Positions 29,847 through 39,029 of a DNA stretch of 64,000 nt are shown here, one piece after another. Positions within the stretch are counted from its first letter, which is position 1; every line of letters starts with the position of its first letter. A model generated the notes under the pieces. It saw only the letters and a list, made by a program, of their open reading frames with translations. It was not told where the DNA came from and searched no databases. The stretch is from positions 16,354-80,353 of the IMG/VR virus record IMGVR_UViG_3300015371_000014; one strand, 5' to 3'. This DNA comes from a virus. Made by a program: the position numbers and the translations under genes.

Positions 29847-30033
29847 GATCGAGAGCGCCATCGTGTCTCTAGAGGAGAGGGCGAAGAAAATCGCAGAGGC
29901 GATTCACGACGCAAACGAGGCAGAGAAGAAAGCTCACGAGGAGTTAGACAAGCTCCCCACAGATCTGGCACGGTTACGGGAAAAGCTTCGCAGTGTGGGA
30001 TCTTTCCCTATCGCAGACCAGCTGGAGAGGTAA
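29743..30033 (+). CDS. coiled-coil protein overlapping the upstream gene (start uncertain)
   Basis: Protein-like helical sequence filling 29846-30033 in the +1 frame. Confidence 0.45.
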   Translation: MPDETLRHSPAAWTTLSAFKEEIPTSDPPPEDAHEIESAIVSLEERAKKIAEAIHDANEAEKKAHEELDKLPTDLARLREKLRSVGSFPIADQLER

Positions 30034-30034
30034 C

Positions 30035-30517
30035 GTGTTTCTCTTTCCCTCTCTAAGCGAACCCGACTGGGTTGCCAGTCTTACCAATTACCTCGCTTCC
30101 CTGGCAGGATGGGGAGTCGTGGTGATCTGTGCGATGACCCTGATCGTGATGCTCAGTCGCCCTTTCGTCTTAGGTCAGCCTATGACACGGGTGCAGAGGG
30201 TGACTATCGAACTCTTTATTGCCTTCAACATGCTGATCTGGAGAACGATCATCCTTGCCAGGGTGTTGCATCGTACGGATATGCCCCAGCCCTGGAGGTT
30301 GATCTTCTGGACTATCGTGCTGCTCTTCTGTTGGAAATTCTTCTTCTTCGCCCTCTGGCGTACCTGGATCGAACCAGCCAGTAGGGGTATGTGGGTGATC
30401 TTCGTGGCGAATGATCGCACGGGAAGAGCGCGTTCGATCCTTGCTGTCTCCGCGATCATGTTCGTGGCGGTTTTCTGTATCTCCCTGATCCTTCGTATCA
30501 TAGGAGTGTGGCGATGA
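30035..30517 (+). CDS. 4-TM membrane protein
   Basis: GGAGAGG RBS and GTG; four hydrophobic helices. Confidence 0.65.
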   Translation: MFLFPSLSEPDWVASLTNYLASLAGWGVVVICAMTLIVMLSRPFVLGQPMTRVQRVTIELFIAFNMLIWRTIILARVLHRTDMPQPWRLIFWTIVLLFCWKFFFFALWRTWIEPASRGMWVIFVANDRTGRARSILAVSAIMFVAVFCISLILRIIGVWR

Positions 30518-30849
30518 GAATTGTCGGTATCCTGATCGGTCTGTGTCTCTTGATGGCTGTCCCGGTCATGGCGCAAGAGCAACCAGGATCCAGCGGAAAT
30601 CCCATCGTGACCTATGATGGGCATCAGATCGAGATTGAGCCAGAGAAGGGTCCGGTGCAGACCTGTGTAGTGGAAGTCACCACGGTGGAGAATCTGGATA
30701 CCAAGAATATCCTCACCAAGATCCTGGTGATTGGTCACACCGATAACGGCTGGGAGGTGATGGGACTCGCCACAGACAATGTCACTGGCAAGACGCAAGG
30801 CACAGACATCAACGATTGCGGCCACAATGTGTGGGATGAGGATCAGTAA
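30514..30849 (+). CDS. secreted protein
   Basis: Signal peptide ending VMA|QE. Confidence 0.65.
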   Translation: MRIVGILIGLCLLMAVPVMAQEQPGSSGNPIVTYDGHQIEIEPEKGPVQTCVVEVTTVENLDTKNILTKILVIGHTDNGWEVMGLATDNVTGKTQGTDINDCGHNVWDEDQ

Positions 30850-32870
30850 TGGCAAAGATTCTTCCCAAGGATCCGTTGACACCTGTCAATCCGGTTATCC
30901 AGCCAGACCCTCCCCCTCCCTCTGATACCACCTTCCCCAAGGGCAATATCACCACCAAGAACCCTATCAACAACACCGCGTACGGGATTCCCTGGACTCA
31001 GGTATCGCGCTGGTTCGAGTTCTTTAAATCCGCAGCGGCAGAGTTTGGCATCTCCCCACTTGATCTTGCGGCTATGTCTGTGATTGAGAGTAACTCCCAG
31101 CACTACACCACTGGCAAGACCACTGGCACCAAGGCCCAAGTCTTGATCAGGGGTAATGATGGCTCTGGGGTACCCTCTGTTGGAATGATGCAAGTCAAGC
31201 CTCTGTACCATCAGAGTCGTGTCCCCGATGCGGACGCCTATACCCCGCAGGGAAACCTCCGTATGGCGGCAGCGATTCTGGGTCAGGAAGCGCAGCGGCT
31301 GGGGTCGGTGGATCAGGCCATCCTGAAAGCGTATTTCCCAAAGGATGATCCCAATGGCACCACGCAAGCTGAATACCTTGAGACGAAAAGGAACCTTGTC
31401 AAAGAAATACAGGCTGCTAGCACTCCGACGCCTCCTCCACAACCGCAGCCTACAGACCCTTACCGGGTTCTGTTCGGCGGCGACTACCCGAAGGTTACAT
31501 ATGGGTTCCTCAGTGACGAGGGATACCCCTACTACGAGTTTGGAGTAGGCCATGGAACTACGAAGGCAACGCAACATACGGGTGACGATGTCCCCGTCCC
31601 GTTTGGAACAACGCTCTACGCCCCAGCAAGCGGTGTTGTCGAGTGTGTCGGAGAGCGCGGAACTCCCCATTGGGGCCAAGCTTGCGGAGCCTACACAGAC
31701 ACCGGAGATGCCGGTCCCGATGGCAAGATCATCGGCGTCGGGAATATCACCATTTATCTTGACTCCGGACATAAACTCACTCTTGGACATTGCCGAACCT
31801 GTGACTGGAGCGTGGGTAGCCGGATCGAGAAAGGAGCCAAAATTGGCTCGTCTGGTGGTCAGAACGGCGCTCACACGCACGTTGAAATATCGGTCGAGCG
31901 AGATGGAACGTACTGGCTCATAGATCCTTTCAAGGGTCTGCAAGCCGCCATGAGCGGCGGGGTGATCGACACCCGGCCCATGGTCTTGTTCGCTGGCGCA
32001 ACCCGCTCCGTGCCTCTCAGCGTGCCGTACCGGCAGGTACTCCTCCCACCCTCCCAGAAGAACCAGCGCCCTGGCATCAGGATGACGCCGAAGAAGTTCA
32101 TCCAGCACGAGACAGACAACACCAATCCTGGTATGGGCGCTGCCGCTCATCTGCGCTTTCTCCAGAATGGCGCTCGTGACGATAACGGAAACCCGCAGCA
32201 GCTTGGGTTCCACTTTGCCGTGGATGATGTCGAGGTCATCCAGATGATCCCTCTCAATGAGGCCACATGGCATGGGGGAGATGGGGGCCAGGGACTTTGT
32301 AATCTGCAGACCGTGGCCTGTGAGCTTTGCGTAGAAGACAACAACGTCAATAAAGTTCAGGCACGCAAGAATGCCGAAGAAGTCGCCGCTGCGGTGATGA
32401 CGGCGATGGGGATACATGAGATCGAGCAGCACTCCTGGTGCTGTGCGAACGCGGGATTAGGAGCCGGAAGTGGGTGCCACACCAATTGCCCCAGATTTAT
32501 CAGAGCCGATAACTACTGGCCGACCTTCCTCGTCAATACCCAGAAGTGGCTTAACTCAGGCGGAACAGGAACTACTCCAACCTACGCTAACCCTGCTCTT
32601 CCTCCTGAATTTACAGGCGATGATGTCACCGTCAACAATGTCCGCTTCCTCGCCCTGCAGCGAAACTTCGTCGCCAAACAAGATGGCGTCCCGGCTCTCC
32701 AGTACGCTGATCTAAAATCCAATCCTGTTCGCGCTCCTCTGATGAAGGGCGAGAAGTTCACCGCACTGTATCTGATCGTGGTCAACAAAGAGCAGTGGCT
32801 GGTGAGTCAGTTTGGTTCGCGCATCCCTGCTAACCTATGCGAGCCTGCCGTGACGGTCGTAGGGAGCTAA
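30849..32870 (+). CDS. endolysin: SLT transglycosylase + M23 peptidase + amidase_2
   Basis: IES..GMMQV (SLT); HTGDD..HTHVE (M23); IQHETDN..FHFAVDD..WHGGDG..ELC..H..CP (amidase). Confidence 0.9.
   Translation: MAKILPKDPLTPVNPVIQPDPPPPSDTTFPKGNITTKNPINNTAYGIPWTQVSRWFEFFKSAAAEFGISPLDLAAMSVIESNSQHYTTGKTTGTKAQVLIRGNDGSGVPSVGMMQVKPLYHQSRVPDADAYTPQGNLRMAAAILGQEAQRLGSVDQAILKAYFPKDDPNGTTQAEYLETKRNLVKEIQAASTPTPPPQPQPTDPYRVLFGGDYPKVTYGFLSDEGYPYYEFGVGHGTTKATQHTGDDVPVPFGTTLYAPASGVVECVGERGTPHWGQACGAYTDTGDAGPDGKIIGVGNITIYLDSGHKLTLGHCRTCDWSVGSRIEKGAKIGSSGGQNGAHTHVEISVERDGTYWLIDPFKGLQAAMSGGVIDTRPMVLFAGATRSVPLSVPYRQVLLPPSQKNQRPGIRMTPKKFIQHETDNTNPGMGAAAHLRFLQNGARDDNGNPQQLGFHFAVDDVEVIQMIPLNEATWHGGDGGQGLCNLQTVACELCVEDNNVNKVQARKNAEEVAAAVMTAMGIHEIEQHSWCCANAGLGAGSGCHTNCPRFIRADNYWPTFLVNTQKWLNSGGTGTTPTYANPALPPEFTGDDVTVNNVRFLALQRNFVAKQDGVPALQYADLKSNPVRAPLMKGEKFTALYLIVVNKEQWLVSQFGSRIPANLCEPAVTVVGS
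30876..30889. repeat. 14-bp palindrome (5' end of endolysin gene)
   Basis: TTGACACCTGTCAA. Confidence 0.9.
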
Positions 32871-32880
32871 GGAGGTTACG

Positions 32881-33213
32881 ATGGATTCGATTCTTAACCC
32901 AGGGTCCACGCCGATTCAGGCGGGATTCCTGCGTGGCATCTTCGCCGGTCTGTTGCTGGGAGCCGCTGAAGGACTCCGCGAGTACGTCTTCGAGGGATTC
33001 ACGGTCGATCAGTCAGTAGCAAGGGGCGTCATGGTGGCAATCCCGGTCTGGCTTGGCCTGCTGGGATATGGCGCGAGTGACCAAGCTCGTGCGAATTCTG
33101 GGAAGTCTGCCCCTGCGGACGTGCCGGTCCAGATCGTGTCGCAAGAGAAGAACATCACCCCAGCGGTGGTGGCACAGGGTCTTTCTACGCCGAATGCCAC
33201 GACGCAAATCTAG
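32881..33213 (+). CDS. holin-like membrane protein
   Basis: AGGAGG RBS, 2 hydrophobic helices, follows endolysin. Confidence 0.55.
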   Translation: MDSILNPGSTPIQAGFLRGIFAGLLLGAAEGLREYVFEGFTVDQSVARGVMVAIPVWLGLLGYGASDQARANSGKSAPADVPVQIVSQEKNITPAVVAQGLSTPNATTQI

Positions 33214-33218
33214 GCACG

Positions 33219-33262
33219 CAGAGAGGGGCCGGATGCCGATATGGACCTAGCCCCTCTTTTGC
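33219..33262 (+). terminator. terminator ending the late operon
   Basis: AGAGGGGC..GCCCCTCT followed by TTT, at the convergence of the two genome arms. Confidence 0.55.
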
Positions 33263-33398
33263 CCTCTCGCCCCAGGAAGGGGCTGTATTTCGCTTCTAGG
33301 GGTATGTATGAGTTACCCGGTGAGTTACCAGACTGAGCTTACGCGTCCGTATATCGAGATTGCCACCGGGAAGCTGGTGTATCTGGCAGAGGGAGACG

Positions 33399-33842
33399 CT
33401 AGCGCGGGGATTCTGTCGGGCCGGGTTCGTCAGCTTGAGCCGGGAGAATCCCCTCCTGCATGGCAAGCTTCTGATCTATCTGGCGAAGATGCCCCGTCCG
33501 TTCCTGAAGGCCCCGTAGTTTGAGGAGATAGGCCGTGCCGAACTTCTGGTCATCGCCATTATCTTCTCTGATGTAACAACGGCCTAGATCTTCCTTGACC
33601 TCAACGAATTTCTCTATGCTGCCCAGGGTGATGCCCTGGTTGAGGAGCGTAGTAAAGAAGTCAAGCTCCATCATCGTGGCCCACTGCAAGATGCGGTGCC
33701 ATGCGTAGATCGTGCGCTCCTCATCCCCCTGATCCCGCTCTCCAACATTCTTGATCGCGGTCAGGATCTCGTTGATCTTTTCGGAGATCTCTAGCGAGAG
33801 CGCGGTGATGTCTTGGAGAGTGATGATCTTCTCTGGCTCCAC
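33399..33842 (-). CDS. hypothetical protein
   Basis: Last ORF of the - arm; protein-like composition. Confidence 0.55.
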   Translation of the reverse strand: MEPEKIITLQDITALSLEISEKINEILTAIKNVGERDQGDEERTIYAWHRILQWATMMELDFFTTLLNQGITLGSIEKFVEVKEDLGRCYIREDNGDDQKFGTAYLLKLRGLQERTGHLRQIDQKLAMQEGILPAQADEPGPTESPR

Positions 33843-33957
33843 GAGTCTCTCTCTTTCACAATGGCGCGGGACAACGCCTGACGATCTCCCCCTGCCAGCG
33901 CTACGGCTTCCTCGCGGTCGATGATGCCACAGAGAAAGAAGTCTGCCGCGATCTCGA

Positions 33958-34362
33958 CTACTCCTGCGCTTCTGACAACTGACGGAAATAGCTCCGCAAG
34001 TCGCCGGGTACGAGATCGGGGAAGTTCAGGCTCTTCTCTGGGTGTTCGTGCCACCGTTCTCCCCGTAGTCTGACCTGATCTTGCCATAGCTTCAGCTTGT
34101 AGATCTCCATGATCGCGTAGTTGATGTCGTCCTCAACCTCCTCGATCCGCTGGGCGATCATCTCAGGGAGAGAGAAGACTTCAAAACGCTGTGTCTGCGG
34201 CCCCTCAGTGTACTGCTGTGCGCCGACACCCAGGATACGGGAGCGGCATTCGTGAACGACCTGTTCGAGCGTTTCTTTGAACTGGAGTTCTGGGAGGGAT
34301 CCGGTATAGGAGCTTTCCCGCAGGGTTATCTCAACTAAGTTTGCCAGTCGCTGTGAGTTCAA
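33958..34362 (-). CDS. MazG-like/all-alpha NTP pyrophosphatase-like protein
   Basis: GAQQY..QRFE..EEVEDDINYA acidic helix motif. Confidence 0.4.
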   Translation of the reverse strand: MNSQRLANLVEITLRESSYTGSLPELQFKETLEQVVHECRSRILGVGAQQYTEGPQTQRFEVFSLPEMIAQRIEEVEDDINYAIMEIYKLKLWQDQVRLRGERWHEHPEKSLNFPDLVPGDLRSYFRQLSEAQE

Positions 34363-34364
34363 GG

Positions 34365-34496
34365 TTACTCCTCGTCGTCTTTCTTAGGTTTCTCAAACAG
34401 CCCCGCGATCAGCACAATGATGCATACCAGGAACACCATGGCGAGGGCATCTTGCTGCGAGAATGGCTGATCGAGGAAGATAAACAGTTCGGTCAT
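34365..34496 (-). CDS. small membrane protein (43 aa)
   Basis: MTELFIFLDQPFSQQDALAMVFLVCIIVLIAGLFEKPKKDDEE, read manually; ATGA overlap. Confidence 0.6.
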   Translation of the reverse strand: MTELFIFLDQPFSQQDALAMVFLVCIIVLIAGLFEKPKKDDEE

Positions 34497-34831
34497 CGCT
34501 CATGGAGGACGCCCTGAATGACATCCATCATTTTCTCTGGCACTGCCCAGACATCGAGGTCGAGGTAGTTGTGATCGAAGTACCAGCGAGCGCGATGCTT
34601 ACAGACCGGATCTTCATGCTCTGCCGCTGGGCAGTCGCAGGTAATGACGGGTTTCGATCTCCTGCTAGGGTACACCTCCAGATGATAGAACCGACCGATC
34701 AAGGAACCCGATGTCGCTACCCACTCTCCGGTGTAGGGAGATTGATAGACCCTTACTCCATCGTACAGGGCGCGAGTGAGCGCTTCCTGCCATCTCTCCG
34801 GAGTGTCTGGCTTGGTCGGCTTCTCGGTCAT
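34493..34831 (-). CDS. SWIM zinc-finger protein
   Basis: CDCPA....CKH motif. Confidence 0.7.
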   Translation of the reverse strand: MTEKPTKPDTPERWQEALTRALYDGVRVYQSPYTGEWVATSGSLIGRFYHLEVYPSRRSKPVITCDCPAAEHEDPVCKHRARWYFDHNYLDLDVWAVPEKMMDVIQGVLHER

Positions 34832-35307
34832 TCTTGACCCCATGCCATCACGGCACCACGGAACGGATAGTTGTCGGAAAAGTCTTGCAGTCTAGATTCG
34901 TCCCCATCCCACAGGTTGACCCTGCCAGTGACGACATCGATATAGCCAACGTACCAGGAGTTCCCGTGATCGTAACCGTCCACCCACTTCTCTTGATAGA
35001 TGCAGATGCCAAGGTTGCCAAGCATGTTCGGCCAGATCCACCATTCGGGATTGAGCCGGGGATCGTAGAGAGCTTGGCGCATCCAGCCGATGGTTGGTGT
35101 AACCCATTCATCTTGATCGCGACGGTAGATCAGGGTGGGCGGGAAAGTCTCATCCTTCGCTGTCCAACGATGACCCTGATCGAACTCCATATTGGGATCG
35201 TACGTCGGGGCTGGGAGTTCGGCCATCTGGCCTGTGTTCTCGATCTCTTCGTCGGCCAGTTGAAATGCTTGCTTGGCAGCTTCGGGACGAACGATGTGTC
35301 GTGTCAT
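34828..35307 (-). CDS. hypothetical protein
   Basis: ATGA coupling at both ends. Confidence 0.65.
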   Translation of the reverse strand: MTRHIVRPEAAKQAFQLADEEIENTGQMAELPAPTYDPNMEFDQGHRWTAKDETFPPTLIYRRDQDEWVTPTIGWMRQALYDPRLNPEWWIWPNMLGNLGICIYQEKWVDGYDHGNSWYVGYIDVVTGRVNLWDGDESRLQDFSDNYPFRGAVMAWGQE

Positions 35308-36014
35308 GGTGATCCCCTGCCGTTCTTGACGAATGCCTCTGCTACGAGGGGCCAGTGCCGAAAGAAAGCATCTTCCATCTGTAGGGCGAGTTCCTCGATT
35401 TCTGCCATAGGATAGGTAGCGAAGGTGTTCCTGGTGTCATTGACTCGCAAGGAGAGGAAGTGCATCAGAGAGCGAGGATTGAAGGTGACGTGCATCCTGG
35501 TATAGATAGCCACCGGCAGGACGGTACGTGCAACCTCGTTGGCAATTCCCTCGCCAATCATGGTCTTGTAGCTGTCCCACGCATGGCGATAGGAAACACC
35601 CTGGCACACGCCCACGAGATGGTGGTGATACTCAGGCGTTTCTCCCTGCTCCATTGCGGGACGGGCGGATGTGCCGGTGTTGACGAGTCCTCGTTCAGGA
35701 CGTGGCACCCAGAAGATTGGTTCGAGTTCGGTGTAGCGGCCAGACATCTCATTGATGCTAACGCCGATGCGGTGCCGCACAAGCTCCCGTGCCACGAATA
35801 TGGGGATGTGTAACCGAAACTGAAGCCAGCCCTGCTCAAAGGGAGAGCCGTGGCGATGCTTCATTAGGTAGTTGAGGAGTCCAGCTACCCGATTCTCGTC
35901 TCGCTGCTCGACATTACCCAATGACACCCATGCTGCTTGAGCAATCGTTAGGTCACTCCCAGCATGATTGAGCAGGGTAGCGGTGATGTCGGAGGTCAGA
36001 ATGACACCTGTCAA
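35304..36014 (-). CDS. thyX: flavin-dependent thymidylate synthase
   Basis: HGSPFE, RELVRHR, NEMSGRY, ARTVLP, NPRSLMHFLSLR; start TTG 36014 after GAGGGGG. Confidence 0.95.
   Translation of the reverse strand: MTGVILTSDITATLLNHAGSDLTIAQAAWVSLGNVEQRDENRVAGLLNYLMKHRHGSPFEQGWLQFRLHIPIFVARELVRHRIGVSINEMSGRYTELEPIFWVPRPERGLVNTGTSARPAMEQGETPEYHHHLVGVCQGVSYRHAWDSYKTMIGEGIANEVARTVLPVAIYTRMHVTFNPRSLMHFLSLRVNDTRNTFATYPMAEIEELALQMEDAFFRHWPLVAEAFVKNGRGSP
36001..36014. repeat. 14-bp palindrome, 1 mismatch (thyX start)
   Basis: ATGACACCTGTCAA. Confidence 0.8.
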
Positions 36015-36418
36015 CGCGTTATCCCCCTCAGAAGCGCAGCCTTGACTTGTGGATTCGCAGCCTTGAGATCGATCATCTCTCCACCGGCTGGGACTAACCA
36101 CACGTCACCGACGTAGCGGGTGAAACTCGTATCTTCTTCCACCTTGGTTTTGAGTTGGCGGGTAATAACACGGAGGTTCCACTCTGACTGGGGTGGTGGA
36201 AGGAAATTCTGGAGTGCGAGCATCAACGCGTTAGCCCTGGCCTTTCCATCCTCTGTCCAGATTTCTGGCTCCCACAGATCTGCGATGCGGATGTTCGTCT
36301 TGTGCCGACCATCCATACCGTTGTCGGTTAGCACCACAATCGTGTCAGCGTCGTGGACACGAATCAGACTGGCGCGAAAATGCCACAGATACTCGCGGTC
36401 CCACTCTTTCGCATTCAC
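36011..36418 (-). CDS. thermonuclease (SNase-like)
   Basis: RVHDADTI..IRIADLWEPE..FTRYVGDV. Confidence 0.75.
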   Translation of the reverse strand: MNAKEWDREYLWHFRASLIRVHDADTIVVLTDNGMDGRHKTNIRIADLWEPEIWTEDGKARANALMLALQNFLPPPQSEWNLRVITRQLKTKVEEDTSFTRYVGDVWLVPAGGEMIDLKAANPQVKAALLRGITR

Positions 36419-36780
36419 GTCACTTCCTCCACATGCTTGTTGTAGCCAAGACCAGAGTCAGCCCACTTTCGTTGCAGGTTGATCTGGTGCTTGTCATACA
36501 GGCATTGCGCTACGTCAATCCCTGTAGCATCAGCGATGGCGTAGAGGAGCATCAGGTTATCCGCGATCTCCATGGCGAGCTTCGTTGTATGGACATCGCT
36601 TTCCCAGGGAATACGGTTCCAGGCTGCAAAGGCTTGGTCGAGTTCCTGGCGTTCCTCTTGCATATGGTTGATGATGCGCTGTGGTTCAGCCATCTGTTGT
36701 GGGAATGTTTCCCGGCACCATGCCTGAATCTCTTGGATCAGAGCTTTGTTGAACCAGTCTATTTTTATCAGGTCATTCAT
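36415..36780 (-). CDS. dATP/dGTP pyrophosphohydrolase-like (MazG/DUF550)
   Basis: W..ETFP..HMQEE..EL..EIAD..KHQINLQRKW. Confidence 0.75.
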   Translation of the reverse strand: MNDLIKIDWFNKALIQEIQAWCRETFPQQMAEPQRIINHMQEERQELDQAFAAWNRIPWESDVHTTKLAMEIADNLMLLYAIADATGIDVAQCLYDKHQINLQRKWADSGLGYNKHVEEVT

Positions 36781-36985
36781 CGTCCCACTCCATACCCTCA
36801 ACGACGTGCCAGACATCTCCCTCCGAAACAGAGTATCCGTGGATCACGCAGTCGTTAATCTGATTGCAAAGAAAGGCTTCGATAGTACCCCTTGCCTCTC
36901 CCCTCATCAGGCCGTGCAAGACATCCATCTCATCAGTCTCATCGGTGACCTTGACCTTGATCATAAGGACGTGTTCCCTGGACAT
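36773..36985 (-). CDS. hypothetical protein
   Basis: Operon packing. Confidence 0.55.
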   Translation of the reverse strand: MSREHVLMIKVKVTDETDEMDVLHGLMRGEARGTIEAFLCNQINDCVIHGYSVSEGDVWHVVEGMEWDDE

Positions 36986-37206
36986 CACCCTTCCCCTCTC
37001 CATATGCGCTCATACACCTCAATGGTGATCGGAAGAAGATTGGTGACAGAGAGGAACTCATTCACCATAGTGATAAAGTCGTCCCGGCTTTCGTAGTCCT
37101 GAACAGACACTCCCTTCCCACCTGGGCATATCGCAATCCACTTTGGGGATGGACACATCTTGATAGCATCGGGGAGCTTCTCTGGTGGAGTCATAATCCC
37201 TTTCAA
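36985..37206 (-). CDS. hypothetical protein
   Basis: Operon packing. Confidence 0.55.
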   Translation of the reverse strand: MKGIMTPPEKLPDAIKMCPSPKWIAICPGGKGVSVQDYESRDDFITMVNEFLSVTNLLPITIEVYERIWRGEG

Positions 37207-37208
37207 CG

Positions 37209-37469
37209 CTACCCCTCTCCGATCTGTTCGAGGAATCTCTGCACCGCTTTGAAGCGTGTCTCAGCCTTACCCTCCACGGTAGGATCTTTAGGGTTGTAGG
37301 CTCGCCAGCGCTTATCGGCTTGACATTCCGCCGCGCAGAGGATGTTGGTCTTGGAGCGTGCTTTGTCTTCTTTGCTACGGTAGACCAGATAGGTGTTGGT
37401 GACGTACGCCGCTGGAACGTAATAGAAGTTGTCCTCGACCTTTCTCCCGCGCAGACCAACGTTCGCCAT
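37209..37469 (-). CDS. hypothetical protein
   Basis: GGAGG RBS; TAATG coupling. Confidence 0.65.
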   Translation of the reverse strand: MANVGLRGRKVEDNFYYVPAAYVTNTYLVYRSKEDKARSKTNILCAAECQADKRWRAYNPKDPTVEGKAETRFKAVQRFLEQIGEG

Positions 37470-37777
37470 TAAAACCTCCTCCCTCTCTTTCGTCCTGGCC
37501 GGTTGTGCTTCTTTCCGCTTTTTTTCCTGGCAACACTACGCAAGGCATACATGGTTCGCTGATCGACAAAGACGGAGGTGATCTCGCGTGGGGATCGATG
37601 CTTGCGCTTGATGTCCAGGTAGTCGGCAATGGAGATTGGCGCGTTGTTCTCGATACCCTCTGCGATGCCGCGACCGAACGCCTCTCCTGCCGGGACATGC
37701 TCAGAGTTGGATGATTGTTCTCCTCGCGCTAAAACGCGCTTCTTCGCTTTCTCCATCAGTTCATCGAGTTCTGACAC
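37469..37777 (-). CDS. hypothetical protein with a basic tail
   Basis: AAGGA RBS; GTG start lies inside the palindrome. Confidence 0.6.
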   Translation of the reverse strand: MSELDELMEKAKKRVLARGEQSSNSEHVPAGEAFGRGIAEGIENNAPISIADYLDIKRKHRSPREITSVFVDQRTMYALRSVARKKSGKKHNRPGRKRGRRF

Positions 37778-37784
37778 CTGTCAA
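37771..37784. repeat. 14-bp palindrome, 1 mismatch (gene start)
   Basis: CTGACACCTGTCAA. Confidence 0.8.
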
Positions 37785-37799
37785 TTCCTTCCGTGCCTC

Positions 37800-38225
37800 C
37801 TAGGGGCCTTTTTGCGCGTTTGGGGGGCATATGGCGGCAACGTAGTGTTGCGCTCCTGCCATCGTGACTTCCTTGGATATTCCCTCAGGGCCAGGAAGGG
37901 CTGGCTTGTACACCCCACAGGTCGAGAGATACCCATACACATAGCCAGTGACGTAGTACGGTTTGGTTGGCTCTGGGATCGGTTCAAAGCTGAGTGGGGT
38001 AGGGGTGACCAGGAACTCTATCGATACCGGCGTGGCGTGAGTCCGTATCGGAATCGGCACCACCGGCTCTGCGGTGACACGAAAGATCATGATCGCCCCT
38101 ACCGCTAGCATTACCGCGATCATCAGGAACGCCAGAATGATCAGCAGTCTGTCTTGTATCTCAGAACGGGGGGTAGGGGAGAAACTCTTCGGGTTCGTTC
38201 TGTTTTTGGGTGTCTCCAGTGACAT
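37800..38225 (-). CDS. membrane-anchored Pro-rich protein
   Basis: One TM helix and PT repeats. Confidence 0.6.
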   Translation of the reverse strand: MSLETPKNRTNPKSFSPTPRSEIQDRLLIILAFLMIAVMLAVGAIMIFRVTAEPVVPIPIRTHATPVSIEFLVTPTPLSFEPIPEPTKPYYVTGYVYGYLSTCGVYKPALPGPEGISKEVTMAGAQHYVAAICPPNAQKGP

Positions 38226-38637
38226 CGTACTCCCCTAGCTGCAAGGCGAGATAACGGAAGTTGGCTGGCGAGAACCCCGTTGAGCTAGGGGTGATGAACA
38301 TCACCAGGGCCAGGGCGCCGATAGGACAGTGATCGTATCCCAGGATGGTGCCAACGTCTCCAGCGGTGATCCCGAACCGGCTAACGTGTGAAACAACCTG
38401 AGTGCCTACCGGCAGATCCTTCAGGCATCCCTTGCCCTGCGTCTCGTCATAGGACATGTCAAAGACGATGACGGCACGATTCCCCATGTCGGGATTGAAG
38501 TGGAACTGCACCTCCGCGTTGTCAAGCGTGGAGAGTGCCTCGTTGACTGCCAGGAAGAACTTATCTTCGCTGTCTACCGCATTCTCTGGGTAGTTGTAGC
38601 TCTGCCGCACGACCATGGTTTGCTTGACGGTTTTCAC
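38161..38637 (-). CDS. hypothetical protein
   Basis: GGAGG RBS downstream of promoter. Confidence 0.65.
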   Translation of the reverse strand: MKTVKQTMVVRQSYNYPENAVDSEDKFFLAVNEALSTLDNAEVQFHFNPDMGNRAVIVFDMSYDETQGKGCLKDLPVGTQVVSHVSRFGITAGDVGTILGYDHCPIGALALVMFITPSSTGFSPANFRYLALQLGEYDVTGDTQKQNEPEEFLPYPPF

Positions 38638-38675
38638 TGATTCCTCCTTGAGACTCCCTCGCTGCTAATGGAACA

Positions 38676-38704
38676 ACCTTACCACAACGTCTACTCTTTG
38701 TCAA
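38676..38704 (-). promoter_or_regulatory. sigma70-type promoter (GTTGTGG-TAAGGT class)
   Basis: TTGACA-17 bp-TAAGGT with extended TG. Confidence 0.75.
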
Positions 38705-39029
38705 GCACCTCCTCGTCATCCTGTAACCAGACCAGGAACTCCCATTCTTCCTGCTTGATCTTGCCTTGCTCGATCCAGTCGGCCAGATAACCGATGGCTG
38801 GTCCCGCATTCACGATACTGAGTCTGGCGATGCTGGGCATCTTGGGGGAGTGTTTATCCATCAGTCGCTGCATCTGCCTGACACAGGACGCGGCCAGCTT
38901 GCGGCGTACCTCCTGCCGTTCGGCCCGACTCAGTACACCTTCCCCAGCGCCTCCTGTTTCAGGCTCTCCTGGGGCCGCACGGTCTTGACGATCTTGATCC
39001 ACTCCGGACTTCCCTTGTGAACGAGCCAT
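38691..39029 (-). CDS. hypothetical protein
   Basis: Operon packing; start uncertain. Confidence 0.45.
   Translation of the reverse strand: MARSQGKSGVDQDRQDRAAPGEPETGGAGEGVLSRAERQEVRRKLAASCVRQMQRLMDKHSPKMPSIARLSIVNAGPAIGYLADWIEQGKIKQEEWEFLVWLQDDEEVLDKE

Noticed and set aside
30843-32432. 529-aa antisense ORF
   Set aside because: Shadow of the endolysin gene.
33308-33523. 71-aa + strand ORF
   Set aside because: Lies after the late terminator and overlaps the convergent - strand gene by 125 bp; insufficient support.
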